NCBI GenBank assembly: GCA_963753975.1
Contig: CAVWEH010000005.1
Coordinates: forward strand, 192,001-256,000
Reading direction: 5' to 3'
DNA length: 64,000 nt
Source of the DNA: an uncultured delta proteobacterium
Lineage (GTDB): Bacteria > Desulfobacterota > Syntrophia > Syntrophales > Smithellaceae
Under the pieces are notes generated by a model. It ran no database searches and had not been told where the DNA came from. It saw nothing but the letters and a program-made list of their open reading frames with translations. Position 1 is the first letter of the stretch; every line of letters begins with the position of its first letter. Positions 10,462 to 20,198 of this stretch are shown here, piece after piece. The position numbers were made by a program, and so were the translations under genes.

Positions 10462-10662
10462 TTTACACAATTCGTTGGGGGCTTTTACGAGCCCTGCCCT
10501 TTGGAGAGTTTCAAGTATTCAAATAAACAAGCCGATATTTAATCCGTAACTTTAAAAAATTCGTGATTATCCTTGTGTATTTCTTGAAAAATAACGCAGT
10601 AAAAGTGAATATATCGTATCAAAGAACATCGCTTAATTATAATTTAACGTAAGGAAATATTT

Positions 10663-11910
10663 ATGAACATTGAGGATATCAAAAGATTACCTATCAGCGA
10701 ACTCAACAATTTAGCCAAAGATTTAGACGTTCCCGGTGCCAGCGGCATGCGTCGTCAGGATTTGATTTTTGCCATTTTACAGACACAAGCGGAACAAAAC
10801 GGCGTGATTTCCGGCTCGGGTGTATTGGAAATTTTGCCGGACGGATTTGGCTTTTTACGCGCTGTGGATTACAACTACCTGCCCAGCCCGGATGATATTT
10901 ATATCTCCCCCTCGCAAATCAGAAGGTTTAATTTAAGAACAGGCGACACCATTTCCGGCGAAGTTCGTCCCCCTAAGGAAGGAGAAAAATATTTTGCCCT
11001 GCTGAAAGTTGATACAGTAAATTTTGAAAGCCCCGAACAAGCCCGCGACAAAATCCTTTTTGATAACCTGACTCCTCTTTATCCTCTGGAAAAATTGAAC
11101 CTGGAATTTGATCCCGAAAATTTTTCCACCCGAACATTAGATTTGTTTGCACCGATCGGCAAGGGACAGCGTGCTTTAATTGTTTCTCCGCCACGGGCGG
11201 GTAAAACGGTACTTTTGCAGGATATTGCCCATAGTATCGCGGCCAATCATAAAGAAGTAATTTTGATGGTGCTTTTAATTGACGAGCGGCCGGAAGAAGT
11301 AACCGACATGCAGCGCAGCGTCGCCGGGGAAGTAATTTCTTCCACATTTGACGAACCGGCTTCCCGCCATGTGCAGGTAGCGGAAATGGTCATTGAAAAG
11401 GCCAAACGCCTTGTCGAACATAAAAGAGACGTGGTTATTTTGCTGGACAGCATCACTCGTTTGGCGCGCGCTTATAACACAGTTGTCCCGCCTTCCGGAA
11501 AAGTTCTTTCCGGTGGTGTCGATTCCAACGCTTTGCATAAACCCAAGCGCTTCTTCGGCGCGGCCCGAAATATCGAAAATGGCGGAAGTTTAACAATAAT
11601 TTCCACGGCGCTGATTGATACAGGAAGCCGGATGGATGAAGTAATTTTTGAAGAATTTAAGGGAACGGGCAATATGGAATTGCATTTAGACCGCCGCATT
11701 TCCGACCGCAGAATCTTCCCTGCCTTTGACTTGATTCGCTCCGGAACCAGGAAAGAAGAATTATTGATCCCTAAAAATAATCTTAATCGTATCTGGATTT
11801 TACGCAGGCTGTTGCAAGAAATGAATCCTGTCGACGCCATGGAATTCATTATCGGCAAAATCAAGAAAACAGAAACCAACCAGGAGTTTTTGGATTCAAT
11901 GAATTCATAG
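10663..11910 (+). CDS. rho: Transcription termination factor Rho
   Basis: [24 protein letters not shown]...PPRAGKT, DERPEE, GKVLSGG. Confidence 0.99.
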   Translation: MNIEDIKRLPISELNNLAKDLDVPGASGMRRQDLIFAILQTQAEQNGVISGSGVLEILPDGFGFLRAVDYNYLPSPDDIYISPSQIRRFNLRTGDTISGEVRPPKEGEKYFALLKVDTVNFESPEQARDKILFDNLTPLYPLEKLNLEFDPENFSTRTLDLFAPIGKGQRALIVSPPRAGKTVLLQDIAHSIAANHKEVILMVLLIDERPEEVTDMQRSVAGEVISSTFDEPASRHVQVAEMVIEKAKRLVEHKRDVVILLDSITRLARAYNTVVPPSGKVLSGGVDSNALHKPKRFFGAARNIENGGSLTIISTALIDTGSRMDEVIFEEFKGTGNMELHLDRRISDRRIFPAFDLIRSGTRKEELLIPKNNLNRIWILRRLLQEMNPVDAMEFIIGKIKKTETNQEFLDSMNS

Positions 11911-12026
11911 TCGTCAAATATTCGCTTGAATTTTTATTCCATATATTGTAACCATTTACTTTATCATGAAACTATACTGAAATGTTATTAGTCACAGATC
12001 AATACTAAGGAGAAAAACAAAAAGAC

Positions 12027-12263
12027 ATGAAAGAAGGCATTCATCCGGAATATAAAAAAACAACTATCACCTGCGTTTGCGGCAATGTCATTGAAACAAG
12101 ATCGACTAAAAAAGATATTAAGATAGAAATTTGTTCCAATTGCCATCCCTTTATAACCGGTAAACAAAAGATAGTAGATACGGCAGGCCGCGTGGAAAGA
12201 TTCAAGAAAAAGTACGAAGGCAAAGAAGGAAAGCCGCAAACCGGCAAAAAAACAACTAAATAA
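12027..12263 (+). CDS. rpmE: 50S ribosomal protein L31 (Zn-binding type)
   Basis: [29 protein letters not shown]. Confidence 0.98.
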   Translation: MKEGIHPEYKKTTITCVCGNVIETRSTKKDIKIEICSNCHPFITGKQKIVDTAGRVERFKKKYEGKEGKPQTGKKTTK

Positions 12264-12418
12264 TTTTTCAGCATTAAGAACGGTGATATTTCATCATCTT
12301 CTGTTTTTATGACAACTATAGCTTCTGTTTCTTATCATTTATAGGTGCTCTTTCCGACGGGAAGGAGTATACAATTTAGTTTCATCTATTTACTCAAAAC
12401 CAGCGTTTAAAATATAAT

Positions 12419-13489
12419 ATGGATATCTTACTCGAGAAACTTCGCGAAATTGAAATACACTACAGAGAACTGGAGGGGCAACTAAGCGACCTTCAAGTTG
12501 TTTCCAAGCAGGGTCTTTATCAAAAATACGCCAAAGAGCATGCTGATTTGACCGAATTAGTGGAAGCTATCCGTCAATATCAGAAAATCAGAAACCGCAT
12601 AGAAGAATATCAGGGATTTTTGGTGGAAAATGACGAAGAATTAAAGGCAATGGTCAAAGAAGAACTGCCGCAGTTGCAGCAGGAGCAAATTGATTTGGAA
12701 GAAAAGTTGAAGGTTTTGCTTTTGCCTAAGGACCCTAACGACAGTAAAAATGTCTTTTTGGAAATTCGGGCCGGCACCGGCGGCGACGAAGCCGGTCTTT
12801 TTGTCAGCGATTTGTTCCGGATGTACGCGCGCTACGCAGAAGCACAGGGCTGGCGGGTGGAAGTAGTCAGCAGTTCTCCTGCCGGAGGTGTCGGCGGATT
12901 CAAGGAAATTATCGCCCAAATCGAAGGCAAGGGAGCTTACAGCCGCCTGAAATACGAAAGCGGAGTGCATCGCGTGCAACGTGTTCCGGTTACGGAAGCG
13001 CAGGGACGCATCCACACTTCGGCTGTTACCGTGGCCATCATGCCCGAAGCGGAAGAAGTGGAACTCAATATTGATCCCAATGATCTGCGTATCGATGTTT
13101 ATCGTTCCACCGGCCACGGCGGTCAGAGCGTTAATACTACGGATTCAGCCGTGCGCATTACCCATTTGCCGACAGGACTTGTCGTCACCTGCCAGGATGA
13201 AAAATCCCAGTTGAAAAATAAAAACAAGGCGATGAAAGTTTTACGGGCGCGCCTTTTAGACGCCATGGTGCAAAAACAAAACGCCGAACAGGCGCAGACG
13301 CGTAAAAACCAGGTGGGCAGCGGCGATCGCTCCGAACGCATTCGCACCTACAATTTTCCTCAAGGCCGGATAACCGATCATCGCATCAATCTGACCCGCT
13401 ACGACCTCGACAATTTCTTAAACGGCAACATCGGCGCTATGATTGCTGCGCTGGCGACTCATTATCAGGCGGAAGCTTTAAATAAATGA
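12419..13489 (+). CDS. prfA: Peptide chain release factor 1
   Basis: GGDEA, RVPVTE (PxT motif), [16 protein letters not shown]. Confidence 0.98.
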   Translation: MDILLEKLREIEIHYRELEGQLSDLQVVSKQGLYQKYAKEHADLTELVEAIRQYQKIRNRIEEYQGFLVENDEELKAMVKEELPQLQQEQIDLEEKLKVLLLPKDPNDSKNVFLEIRAGTGGDEAGLFVSDLFRMYARYAEAQGWRVEVVSSSPAGGVGGFKEIIAQIEGKGAYSRLKYESGVHRVQRVPVTEAQGRIHTSAVTVAIMPEAEEVELNIDPNDLRIDVYRSTGHGGQSVNTTDSAVRITHLPTGLVVTCQDEKSQLKNKNKAMKVLRARLLDAMVQKQNAEQAQTRKNQVGSGDRSERIRTYNFPQGRITDHRINLTRYDLDNFLNGNIGAMIAALATHYQAEALNK

Positions 13490-13576
13490 TAATAGACCTC
13501 AAGGCAAGACCTGAACTCAAAATAAGAACCGCTGCACGATATGGGATATTAACCATATCCCCATAGCCTTGCCTAC

Positions 13577-13851
13577 GGGATTAATTCAACTAACGCTTCA
13601 ACTTTCGCTGCGCTCGTTTTCAGCGAGTTTTATTAATTCGGCTAACAGATATTGCTGTGCTTCGCTCGCAATATCTGAGCTTCATTAATTCGGCTAACAA
13701 ATTCCCACGTGCGACCTTTAGGTTATTCGTGTCATTTTGGAAATTTGAGGCTCATTAACCACGGGTATCTATGATACCCTCCGCCTATGGCGGGATAAAT
13801 TCAGCTAACAGATATTGCTGCTCTATGCTTGCAATATCTGGACTTCATTAA
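13577..13851 (+). repeat. Array of four structured hairpin elements between prfA and prmC
   Basis: Units 13577-13636, 13632-13688, 13684-13758 and 13792-13851, each AATTC(RRCT)AAC-stem-loop-(R)RGYYTYATTAA-like; units 1-3 share ATTAAT junctions. Confidence 0.85.
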
Positions 13852-13864
13852 ACGGATTGGAGAT

Positions 13865-14725
13865 ATGACTGTTCGGGAAATTCTAAATGAGGCAACCCGC
13901 AGTTTTGAAGCCGTCGGAATTCCGTCGGCCCGGCTCGACGCGGAAGTTTTGCTTTCTTTTTGCCTCAAGCGAGACCGTCTCGACTTTTTCAAAAACCCGG
14001 AAATACAAATCAGTAAAACTCAACTGACTGATTTCAAAAAACTTGTCGCCAGAAGAATAAAGTGGGAACCGGTAGCCTATATCACCGGGCGCAAGGAATT
14101 CTGGACATTTGTGCTGGAGGTGAATAAAGACGTCCTGATTCCCCGGCCGGATACGGAAATTATTGTGGAAGATGCCCTTAACATTTGCCGCAAGATTAAT
14201 TCTTCCGAAATAAAGATTATAGATATCGGCACGGGCAGCGGCGCGATAGCCATTGCTCTGGCCAAAGAAATGCCGCAAGCTCAAGTAGTGGCCACCGACA
14301 TTTCCACTGCCGCTCTCCGAGTAGCTCGGAAAAATGTCCTTACTCTGGGACTGAAAAATCAAATCGATTTCCGCCGCAGTGATTTATTTGACTCAATTGA
14401 TGATTTTTTTGATATAATCGTTTGCAATCCTCCCTACATTTCGGCCCAGGATTATGAAAAACTACCTCTCGGAGTGAAGGCCTTTGAGCCGCGAGAAGCA
14501 CTCTTGGCGGGCGAAAATGGAACGGAGTTTTATGAAAAATTTGTTTATCAGGCGGGTGACTATTTTAAAAAAAATGGTTGGCTTTTATTGGAGATAGGAG
14601 CTACTCAGGAAAAAAGCATATGGAAGATTGTTGAGGATTCCGGAATTTACGATAATATTGGTGTCCGAAGAGATTATGCCGGCTTGCCGCGTGTAATTCG
14701 AGCAAGGAGAAAAATTAGTGGATAA
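13865..14725 (+). CDS. prmC: Release factor glutamine methyltransferase PrmC/HemK
   Basis: [33 protein letters not shown] before ATG 13865. Confidence 0.96.
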   Translation: MTVREILNEATRSFEAVGIPSARLDAEVLLSFCLKRDRLDFFKNPEIQISKTQLTDFKKLVARRIKWEPVAYITGRKEFWTFVLEVNKDVLIPRPDTEIIVEDALNICRKINSSEIKIIDIGTGSGAIAIALAKEMPQAQVVATDISTAALRVARKNVLTLGLKNQIDFRRSDLFDSIDDFFDIIVCNPPYISAQDYEKLPLGVKAFEPREALLAGENGTEFYEKFVYQAGDYFKKNGWLLLEIGATQEKSIWKIVEDSGIYDNIGVRRDYAGLPRVIRARRKISG

Positions 14726-15968
14726 AATAGTTATTCAAGGGGGCAAACCTCTGCATGGTGATGTTCATATCAGCGGAGCAAAGAATGCTGCATTGCCGGT
14801 AATGACTGCGGCGCTTCTGACCTGCGGAACCAATACTTTCCATAATATTCCCGATTTAATGGATATCAAAACAATAAAAAAACTTTTGAAGAGCCTCGGC
14901 GCCGAAATCGAAGGCAATGAAACTGTCCAGATTAGTGTCGATAAAATAATCGGCCATACGGCTCCTTATGATTTGGTCAAGACAATGCGTGCTTCCATTT
15001 TAGTTTTAGGGCCGCTCGTCGCTCGTATGGGTGTCGCGCGTGTTTCTTTACCCGGAGGCTGCGCCATCGGCGCCCGGCCGGTAAATCTGCACATCAAAGC
15101 TCTGCAGGAACTGGGAGCTCATGTGGAATTGAATGACGGCTATATCGAAGCCAAAGCCAAGAAATTGAAAGGCGCGGATATATATTTTGACATACCCACG
15201 GTAACCGGCACCGAAAATATAATGATGGCGGCAACGCTGGCCGAAGGCACAACTTCCCTGAACAATGCAGCCTGTGAGCCGGAAATTGTCAACCTGGCGG
15301 ATGTTTTAAAGGACATGGGAGCAAAAATCAGCGGAGCGGGAACGGATGTAATAACGATTGAAGGCGTCAGCTCGCTAAAACCCTGCGAAGCCACAATTAT
15401 TCCCGACCGGATTGAGGCGGGAACTTTTATGATTGCCGCCGGTATGACGCGCGGTGAATTAAACATAATCGGCTGCAACCCCCATCATCTGGAAGCCTTA
15501 ATCAACAAACTGCGGGATACAGGCATGAAGATTTCGCCTATCGAAAACGGCCTCAAGGTATCGGCGGGGAAAAAAATCAACAGCGTCGATGTGAAGACCC
15601 TTCCTCATCCGGGATTCCCCACCGACCTGCAGGCGCAGATGATGGCTTATATGTCCATAGGCAGCGGTTTGAGCGTTATTTCCGAAACCGTTTTTGAAAA
15701 CCGTTTCATGCATGTCAGCGAACTCACGCGGATGGGAGCCGATATCGTTATTCAGGGAGGCAGCGCGATTGTCCGGGGAGTGCCTCACTTGCGCGGAGCA
15801 CAAACAATGGCCACGGATTTGCGCGCTTCCGCTTCTCTGATTCTGGCGGCTCTTGTGGCGCAAGGCACGACGGAAATTTCCCGCGTTTACCATATTGACC
15901 GCGGTTATCAGGAAATAGAGAAGAAGTTTTCCGCATTGGGCGCCAATATTAAAAGGATGGCACAATAA
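14718..15968 (+). CDS. murA: UDP-N-acetylglucosamine 1-carboxyvinyltransferase
   Basis: [33 protein letters not shown]. Confidence 0.98.
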   Translation: MDKIVIQGGKPLHGDVHISGAKNAALPVMTAALLTCGTNTFHNIPDLMDIKTIKKLLKSLGAEIEGNETVQISVDKIIGHTAPYDLVKTMRASILVLGPLVARMGVARVSLPGGCAIGARPVNLHIKALQELGAHVELNDGYIEAKAKKLKGADIYFDIPTVTGTENIMMAATLAEGTTSLNNAACEPEIVNLADVLKDMGAKISGAGTDVITIEGVSSLKPCEATIIPDRIEAGTFMIAAGMTRGELNIIGCNPHHLEALINKLRDTGMKISPIENGLKVSAGKKINSVDVKTLPHPGFPTDLQAQMMAYMSIGSGLSVISETVFENRFMHVSELTRMGADIVIQGGSAIVRGVPHLRGAQTMATDLRASASLILAALVAQGTTEISRVYHIDRGYQEIEKKFSALGANIKRMAQ

Positions 15969-15969
15969 T

Positions 15970-17283
15970 ATGAGAATAATCAAAACCGATGCTGTTGATT
16001 TTGTCGAATTTTTTCGTAAATTGCGCCAACGGGGCGGCGCTTTTACTCCCGAACTTTTATCATCTGTAGCGGAAATAGTGAGCAATGTTGCGGCCAAAGG
16101 AGATGAGGCTCTATTTCATTATACGGCGAAATTTGACGGCCATGAATTAAATGAAAAAACAATAGAAGTGACTGCGGCTCAAAGAAAAGCAGCGCTGGCT
16201 GAGCTAAAGCCGGAAGATGGGAAAGTTATGAAACTCGCCGCCGGACGTATTGAAAAATATCATCGCCAGCAAATTATTCGAGGATGGTCGGTTAAAGATG
16301 AGAAAGGCATAGAACTTGGCCAGCGGGTTTTTCCTTTGCAGCGTGTGGGAATTTATGCTCCCGGAGGCAAAGCTTCTTATCCCTCGACGTTGCTGATGGC
16401 GGCAATTCCGGCACGCTTGGCCGGGGTGAAAGAAATTATTTTGGTAAGTCCCGTGAAAGACGGCAGATTAAATCCATTAATTGCCGCGGCGGCCGAAATA
16501 AGCGGCGTGCACCGGATATTCAAGATTGGCGGGGCACAGGCTATAGCGGCGCTCGCTTACGGCACAAAATCTGTTCCGCAGGTCGATAAAATTGTCGGGC
16601 CCGGTAATGCATATGTCGCGGCGGCAAAAAAACTGGTTTTTGGACAAGTGGATATAGATATGATCGCCGGCCCCAGCGAAATAGTTATCGTTGCCGATAA
16701 AACGGCAAAAGCTTCTTTTATTGCTGCTGATATGCTGGCGCAAGCCGAACACGATGAAATGGCGGCAGCTGTTCTTTTGACGCCTGCGAAAAATTTTGCC
16801 CGCGAAGTAGCGCAGGAAATCGACAAACAATTAAAACCCCTGACCAGAAATAAAATAATAGAAAGCGCCCTTACAAAATGCGGCGCGATTATCATCACCA
16901 AAGATATAAGGGAAGCAGTAGAGATAGTGGATCTTTTCGCACCGGAACATCTGGAATTGATGGTGGAGAATCCGACAAAAATTTTAAAACAAGTGCGCAA
17001 CGTGGGCTCTGTTTTCCTCGGGTCATTTACACCGGAGGCATTGGGCGATTACATTGCCGGCGCCAACCACATTTTGCCTACGGGAGGAACGGCGCGTTTT
17101 TCCTCACCATTGGGAGTATATGATTTTGTCAAACGTATGAACGTTCTTTCTTTTTCATCGCAGGCTTTGGAAAAACTAGGCAAACAAACGGCTTACTTTG
17201 CCCAAATGGAAGGACTCGATGCTCATGCCCATTCGGTAATCGTGAGGAATAATAATATCAAAAAAGGAAGCCAAGATGGCTGA
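15970..17283 (+). CDS. hisD: Histidinol dehydrogenase
   Basis: PGGKASYPS, GPGNAYV, DMIAGPSE, QAEHD, PEHLE, NHILPT. Confidence 0.98.
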   Translation: MRIIKTDAVDFVEFFRKLRQRGGAFTPELLSSVAEIVSNVAAKGDEALFHYTAKFDGHELNEKTIEVTAAQRKAALAELKPEDGKVMKLAAGRIEKYHRQQIIRGWSVKDEKGIELGQRVFPLQRVGIYAPGGKASYPSTLLMAAIPARLAGVKEIILVSPVKDGRLNPLIAAAAEISGVHRIFKIGGAQAIAALAYGTKSVPQVDKIVGPGNAYVAAAKKLVFGQVDIDMIAGPSEIVIVADKTAKASFIAADMLAQAEHDEMAAAVLLTPAKNFAREVAQEIDKQLKPLTRNKIIESALTKCGAIIITKDIREAVEIVDLFAPEHLELMVENPTKILKQVRNVGSVFLGSFTPEALGDYIAGANHILPTGGTARFSSPLGVYDFVKRMNVLSFSSQALEKLGKQTAYFAQMEGLDAHAHSVIVRNNNIKKGSQDG

Positions 17284-17620
17284 AGATGTTATTTATTCCG
17301 ATTCGCTAGTCGCGGTTACGAATAAAAGCATTCTTTTCCGGCGTTATGGCTTTTTTGAACGCGACAGGTTGGTGTTATTTTCCGAAATTGAAAAAATCGT
17401 CGTTAAGAAATCTTCCCTTTGGAATGGAAAATTCCGCTTCCATGGCACCGGAGATTTCAAAACGTGGTTTCCCAAGGATTTTCAGAGATACAAACGGGAT
17501 AAGATATTTTTCGCCTTCATCCGTTACAAATGGTGGCGTATAGGTTTCACAGTCGAAAACTCTGCTGCGGTTCTCAAAATATTCCGTGATAAAGGGCTGA
17601 TTAAAGACATTGATCAATAA
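17276..17620 (+). CDS. Hypothetical protein (114 aa, possibly PH-like beta fold)
   Basis: Overlaps the hisD stop with an AGGA RBS; no recognised motif. Confidence 0.6.
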   Translation: MAEDVIYSDSLVAVTNKSILFRRYGFFERDRLVLFSEIEKIVVKKSSLWNGKFRFHGTGDFKTWFPKDFQRYKRDKIFFAFIRYKWWRIGFTVENSAAVLKIFRDKGLIKDIDQ

Positions 17621-17644
17621 GTTGCACCTGCGGCAAAGTCGGGC

Positions 17645-17724
17645 ATCCCGACACGCTAAGCTATCGGGATAATTCGACCTGCAAGTTTCAGCGCGCTACG
17701 CTTCTGAAACTTGGGTCTCATTAA
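17645..17724 (+). repeat. Hairpin element copy left of tRNA-Gly
   Basis: ATCCCGA..TCGGGAT hairpin, then AAT-TC-GACC-TG-CAAGTTTCAG-loop-CTGAAACTTG-GGTC-TC-ATT. Confidence 0.85.
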
Positions 17725-17730
17725 AACACC

Positions 17731-17758
17731 TTGACAAATAAGTCCGGTTGAATAACAT
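17731..17758 (+). promoter_or_regulatory. Probable tRNA-Gly promoter
   Basis: TTGACA-16 bp-TAACAT. Confidence 0.5.
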
Positions 17759-17897
17759 TCCACACAAAATTGCGTTCATTCGGCCTACCTTTGTTGGCTT
17801 CGGCGTCGGCTTCCTCAACGCATGTTAATATGCGCCTGCGGAGCTTCCTCCTTGCTGCCGCGGTATCCCGGTGACCACAAATTAGTCATTAATATGA

Positions 17898-17972
17898 GCG
17901 GGCGTAATTCAGTGGTAGAATGTCAGCTTCCCAAGCTGGACGTCGTGGGTTCGAGCCCCATCGCCCGCTCCA
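17898..17972 (+). tRNA. tRNA-Gly (anticodon CCC)
   Basis: GCGGGCG acceptor pairs with CGCCCGC, discriminator T plus encoded CCA; anticodon loop TTCCCAA; T-loop GTTCGAG. Confidence 0.97.
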
Positions 17973-18204
17973 TTAATGAGACCCAAGTTTCAGAAGCGTA
18001 GCGCGCTGAAACTTGATGGACGAATTATCCCAGGAGCAAAGCGACGTGGGATTTGAAACTCGCTGACTATAGAAAGCGTTAGTTGTAGTGAGACCCAAAT
18101 TTCATAAGCGCAGCGTATAACCTGAAGGTCACGCGAGGTCACACACTGAAGCTTGCCGGTTGAATTATCCCGTCTAGCGGAGGTGTAATTCTACCCGTGA
18201 TTAA
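17973..18204 (-). repeat. Three hairpin element copies in reverse orientation, starting right after the tRNA CCA
   Basis: 17973-18052 (first 43 nt are the exact reverse complement of 17682-17724), short copy 18054-18086, and 18085-18204 with the loop module. Confidence 0.85.
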
Positions 18205-18299
18205 CTACTTAGCAGCTTTCAGAACGCAGAAATAATTCTTGCATTGCCTTTTATACTGTGCTACCTGATTTAGTAAGCCATCGATTATAGTGTATTGAT

Positions 18300-18324
18300 G
18301 AGTGGGCACCTGCCCACTTTTTTA
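18300..18324 (+). terminator. Hairpin plus U-tract in the rimP leader (terminator/attenuator-like)
   Basis: AGTGGGCA-CC-TGCCCACT followed by a T-run, ~15 nt before the rimP ATG. Confidence 0.65.
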
Positions 18325-18338
18325 TTTTCTGGGATATT

Positions 18339-18833
18339 ATGAATGATGCTTTAAAGGAAAAAATCAGACAATTGGCCGAGCCGGTTGCCGCATCGGAAGG
18401 AATGGATTTAATCCATGTTGAATGCGTCAAGATGCAAACTCGCTGGATTGTCCGGCTCTACCTGGATAAAGAAAATGGGGTTACTCTTGACGATTGCACG
18501 GCCGTGAGCAATCAGTTAGGCGATGTCTTTGACATTAATGATCTGCTTAAAGGCGCTTACACACTGGAGGTCTCCTCTCCCGGCTTTGATAGGCCGATAT
18601 CGCGCGATCAGGATTTCGAAAAATATAAAAGATCAAGGGTAAACATCAAGACGGGAGCAAAAATCGAGGGCATGCGAAATTTTCGTGGTACGCTTGTTGA
18701 TTACATCGAAGAACAAGGCCGGAAAATAGTTTTGATGGATATCGCGGGAAAAGCGTACCGGATCCCGCGAGGTGAGATTATCAAAGCCAATCTTGCCGCT
18801 GACGATGAAATTAGGAGTAAAAGCGGGAAATAA
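18339..18833 (+). CDS. rimP: Ribosome maturation factor RimP
   Basis: VRLYLDK..GVTLDDC, YTLEVSSPG.DRP; precedes nusA. Confidence 0.97.
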   Translation: MNDALKEKIRQLAEPVAASEGMDLIHVECVKMQTRWIVRLYLDKENGVTLDDCTAVSNQLGDVFDINDLLKGAYTLEVSSPGFDRPISRDQDFEKYKRSRVNIKTGAKIEGMRNFRGTLVDYIEEQGRKIVLMDIAGKAYRIPRGEIIKANLAADDEIRSKSGK

Positions 18834-18895
18834 TGCCGGCGGGCTGAAATTTTTACGATATCTCAGCGAAGTGAAGAAAAGGGAGGAATTTGTAA

Positions 18896-20161
18896 ATGTT
18901 GCCAGAACTTAAACGTCTGATCGAGCAGATGGGCAAGGACAGAGGTATAGAGAAAGAGATCATTACCGAAGCCCTGGAAGCGGCAATGCTTACGGCAGCG
19001 CGCAAAAAATTAGGGCAAAACGTCGATATTGAAGCCCACTATAATGACGAAGCTGGTGAAATTGAAGTTTTTCAATTCAAAACCGTCGTAGATAAAGTGC
19101 TTGATCCGGAAACCCAAATTTCCAAAGAAGAAGCGAGAAAAACTCTGGATGAAGGCGCCGAACCAGGCGATAGTTTAGGGATGAAAATCGAAACAAGTTC
19201 CTTTGGCCGAATCGCCGTACAAATGGCGAAGCAAATAATTATTCAACGAGTTAAAGACGCGGAACGTGATAACATTTATGAAGAATATAAAGACCGCAAA
19301 GGCGAATTGCTCAATGGATTTGTTCAACGATTTGAAGGCGGTAGCATTATCGTCAATCTGGGACGCGCGGAAGGCGTCGTGCCTCCGGCGGAACAAATCC
19401 ATCGCGAAACTTATAAACGAGGCGAAAGAATACGCTCTTATATTGTCGATGTAAAAAAGAATACCAAAGGGTCACAAATAATCCTGTCCCGCACGCATCC
19501 TGCCTTTTTAAGAGCACTTTTTGAAGTGGAAGTCCCGGAAATTTCCGAAGGGCTTATTGATATTGTCAGTGTTGCCCGGGAGCCGGGAAAGCGCGGAAAA
19601 ATTGCGGTCAGCGCAAAGGACAAGGATATTGACCCGGTAGGCGCCTGTGTCGGCATGAGGGGTTCACGGGTGCAAAGCGTGGTGCAGGAATTGCATGGGG
19701 AGAAAATTGATATTATTCCTTACACCAATGATGCGGCAAAATATGTCAGCAGCGCCCTATCTCCGGCTAAAGTTAATCGTGTCTTCGTTGATGACGAAAA
19801 CCGGACGATGACGGTAATCGTTCCCGATGATCAACTATCTTTAGCCATTGGTAAAAACGGCCAGAATGTGAGGCTTGCGGTAAAGCTGACCGGATGGAAG
19901 ATTGATGTAAAAAGCGAAACAATGGCCGCGGAAAAAGTCGAGGAAGGACCAACGGATTTAACAAAACTTACCGGGGTGGGACCGGCTATGGCGGAAAAAC
20001 TCTACAGCTCCGGCATCAAGAGCATTGCCATGATTGCAGCAGCTGAACCCGAGTTACTATCTTCAATTCCCGGCGTAGGTGAAAAAACAGCCCGACAATG
20101 GATTGAGGCAGCGGGTAAAATTTTAGACGAAGAAGCTCTGAGCAATAAAAAAGTTTCATAG
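18896..20161 (+). CDS. nusA: Transcription factor NusA with C-terminal HhH domain
   Basis: FGRIA, AREPG, DPVGACVG.RGSR, SLAIGKNGQNVRLA. Confidence 0.98.
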   Translation: MLPELKRLIEQMGKDRGIEKEIITEALEAAMLTAARKKLGQNVDIEAHYNDEAGEIEVFQFKTVVDKVLDPETQISKEEARKTLDEGAEPGDSLGMKIETSSFGRIAVQMAKQIIIQRVKDAERDNIYEEYKDRKGELLNGFVQRFEGGSIIVNLGRAEGVVPPAEQIHRETYKRGERIRSYIVDVKKNTKGSQIILSRTHPAFLRALFEVEVPEISEGLIDIVSVAREPGKRGKIAVSAKDKDIDPVGACVGMRGSRVQSVVQELHGEKIDIIPYTNDAAKYVSSALSPAKVNRVFVDDENRTMTVIVPDDQLSLAIGKNGQNVRLAVKLTGWKIDVKSETMAAEKVEEGPTDLTKLTGVGPAMAEKLYSSGIKSIAMIAAAEPELLSSIPGVGEKTARQWIEAAGKILDEEALSNKKVS

Positions 20162-20198
20162 TTTCAGAACTGATAATTTAATTTAGGGAGTCTTGCGC

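Noticed and set aside
13632..13758. Integron attC sites (GCTAAC resembles R'')
   Set aside because: No matching GTTRRRY at the distal end, no cassette ORFs and no integrase in the window; kept only as a mechanistic analogy.
13577..13851. CRISPR array (repeat GAGCTTCATTAATTCGGCTAAC with 30-48 nt 'spacers')
   Set aside because: The 'spacers' are self-complementary and related to each other, the repeats are degenerate, copies are dispersed in both orientations, and there are no cas genes.
17973..18052. Hammerhead ribozyme (TTAATGAG...CGAA resembles CUGAUGAG...CGAAA)
   Set aside because: The essential C3, G5 and A15.1 positions and the NUH site are missing, there is no stem I, and a simple bulged hairpin explains the pattern better.
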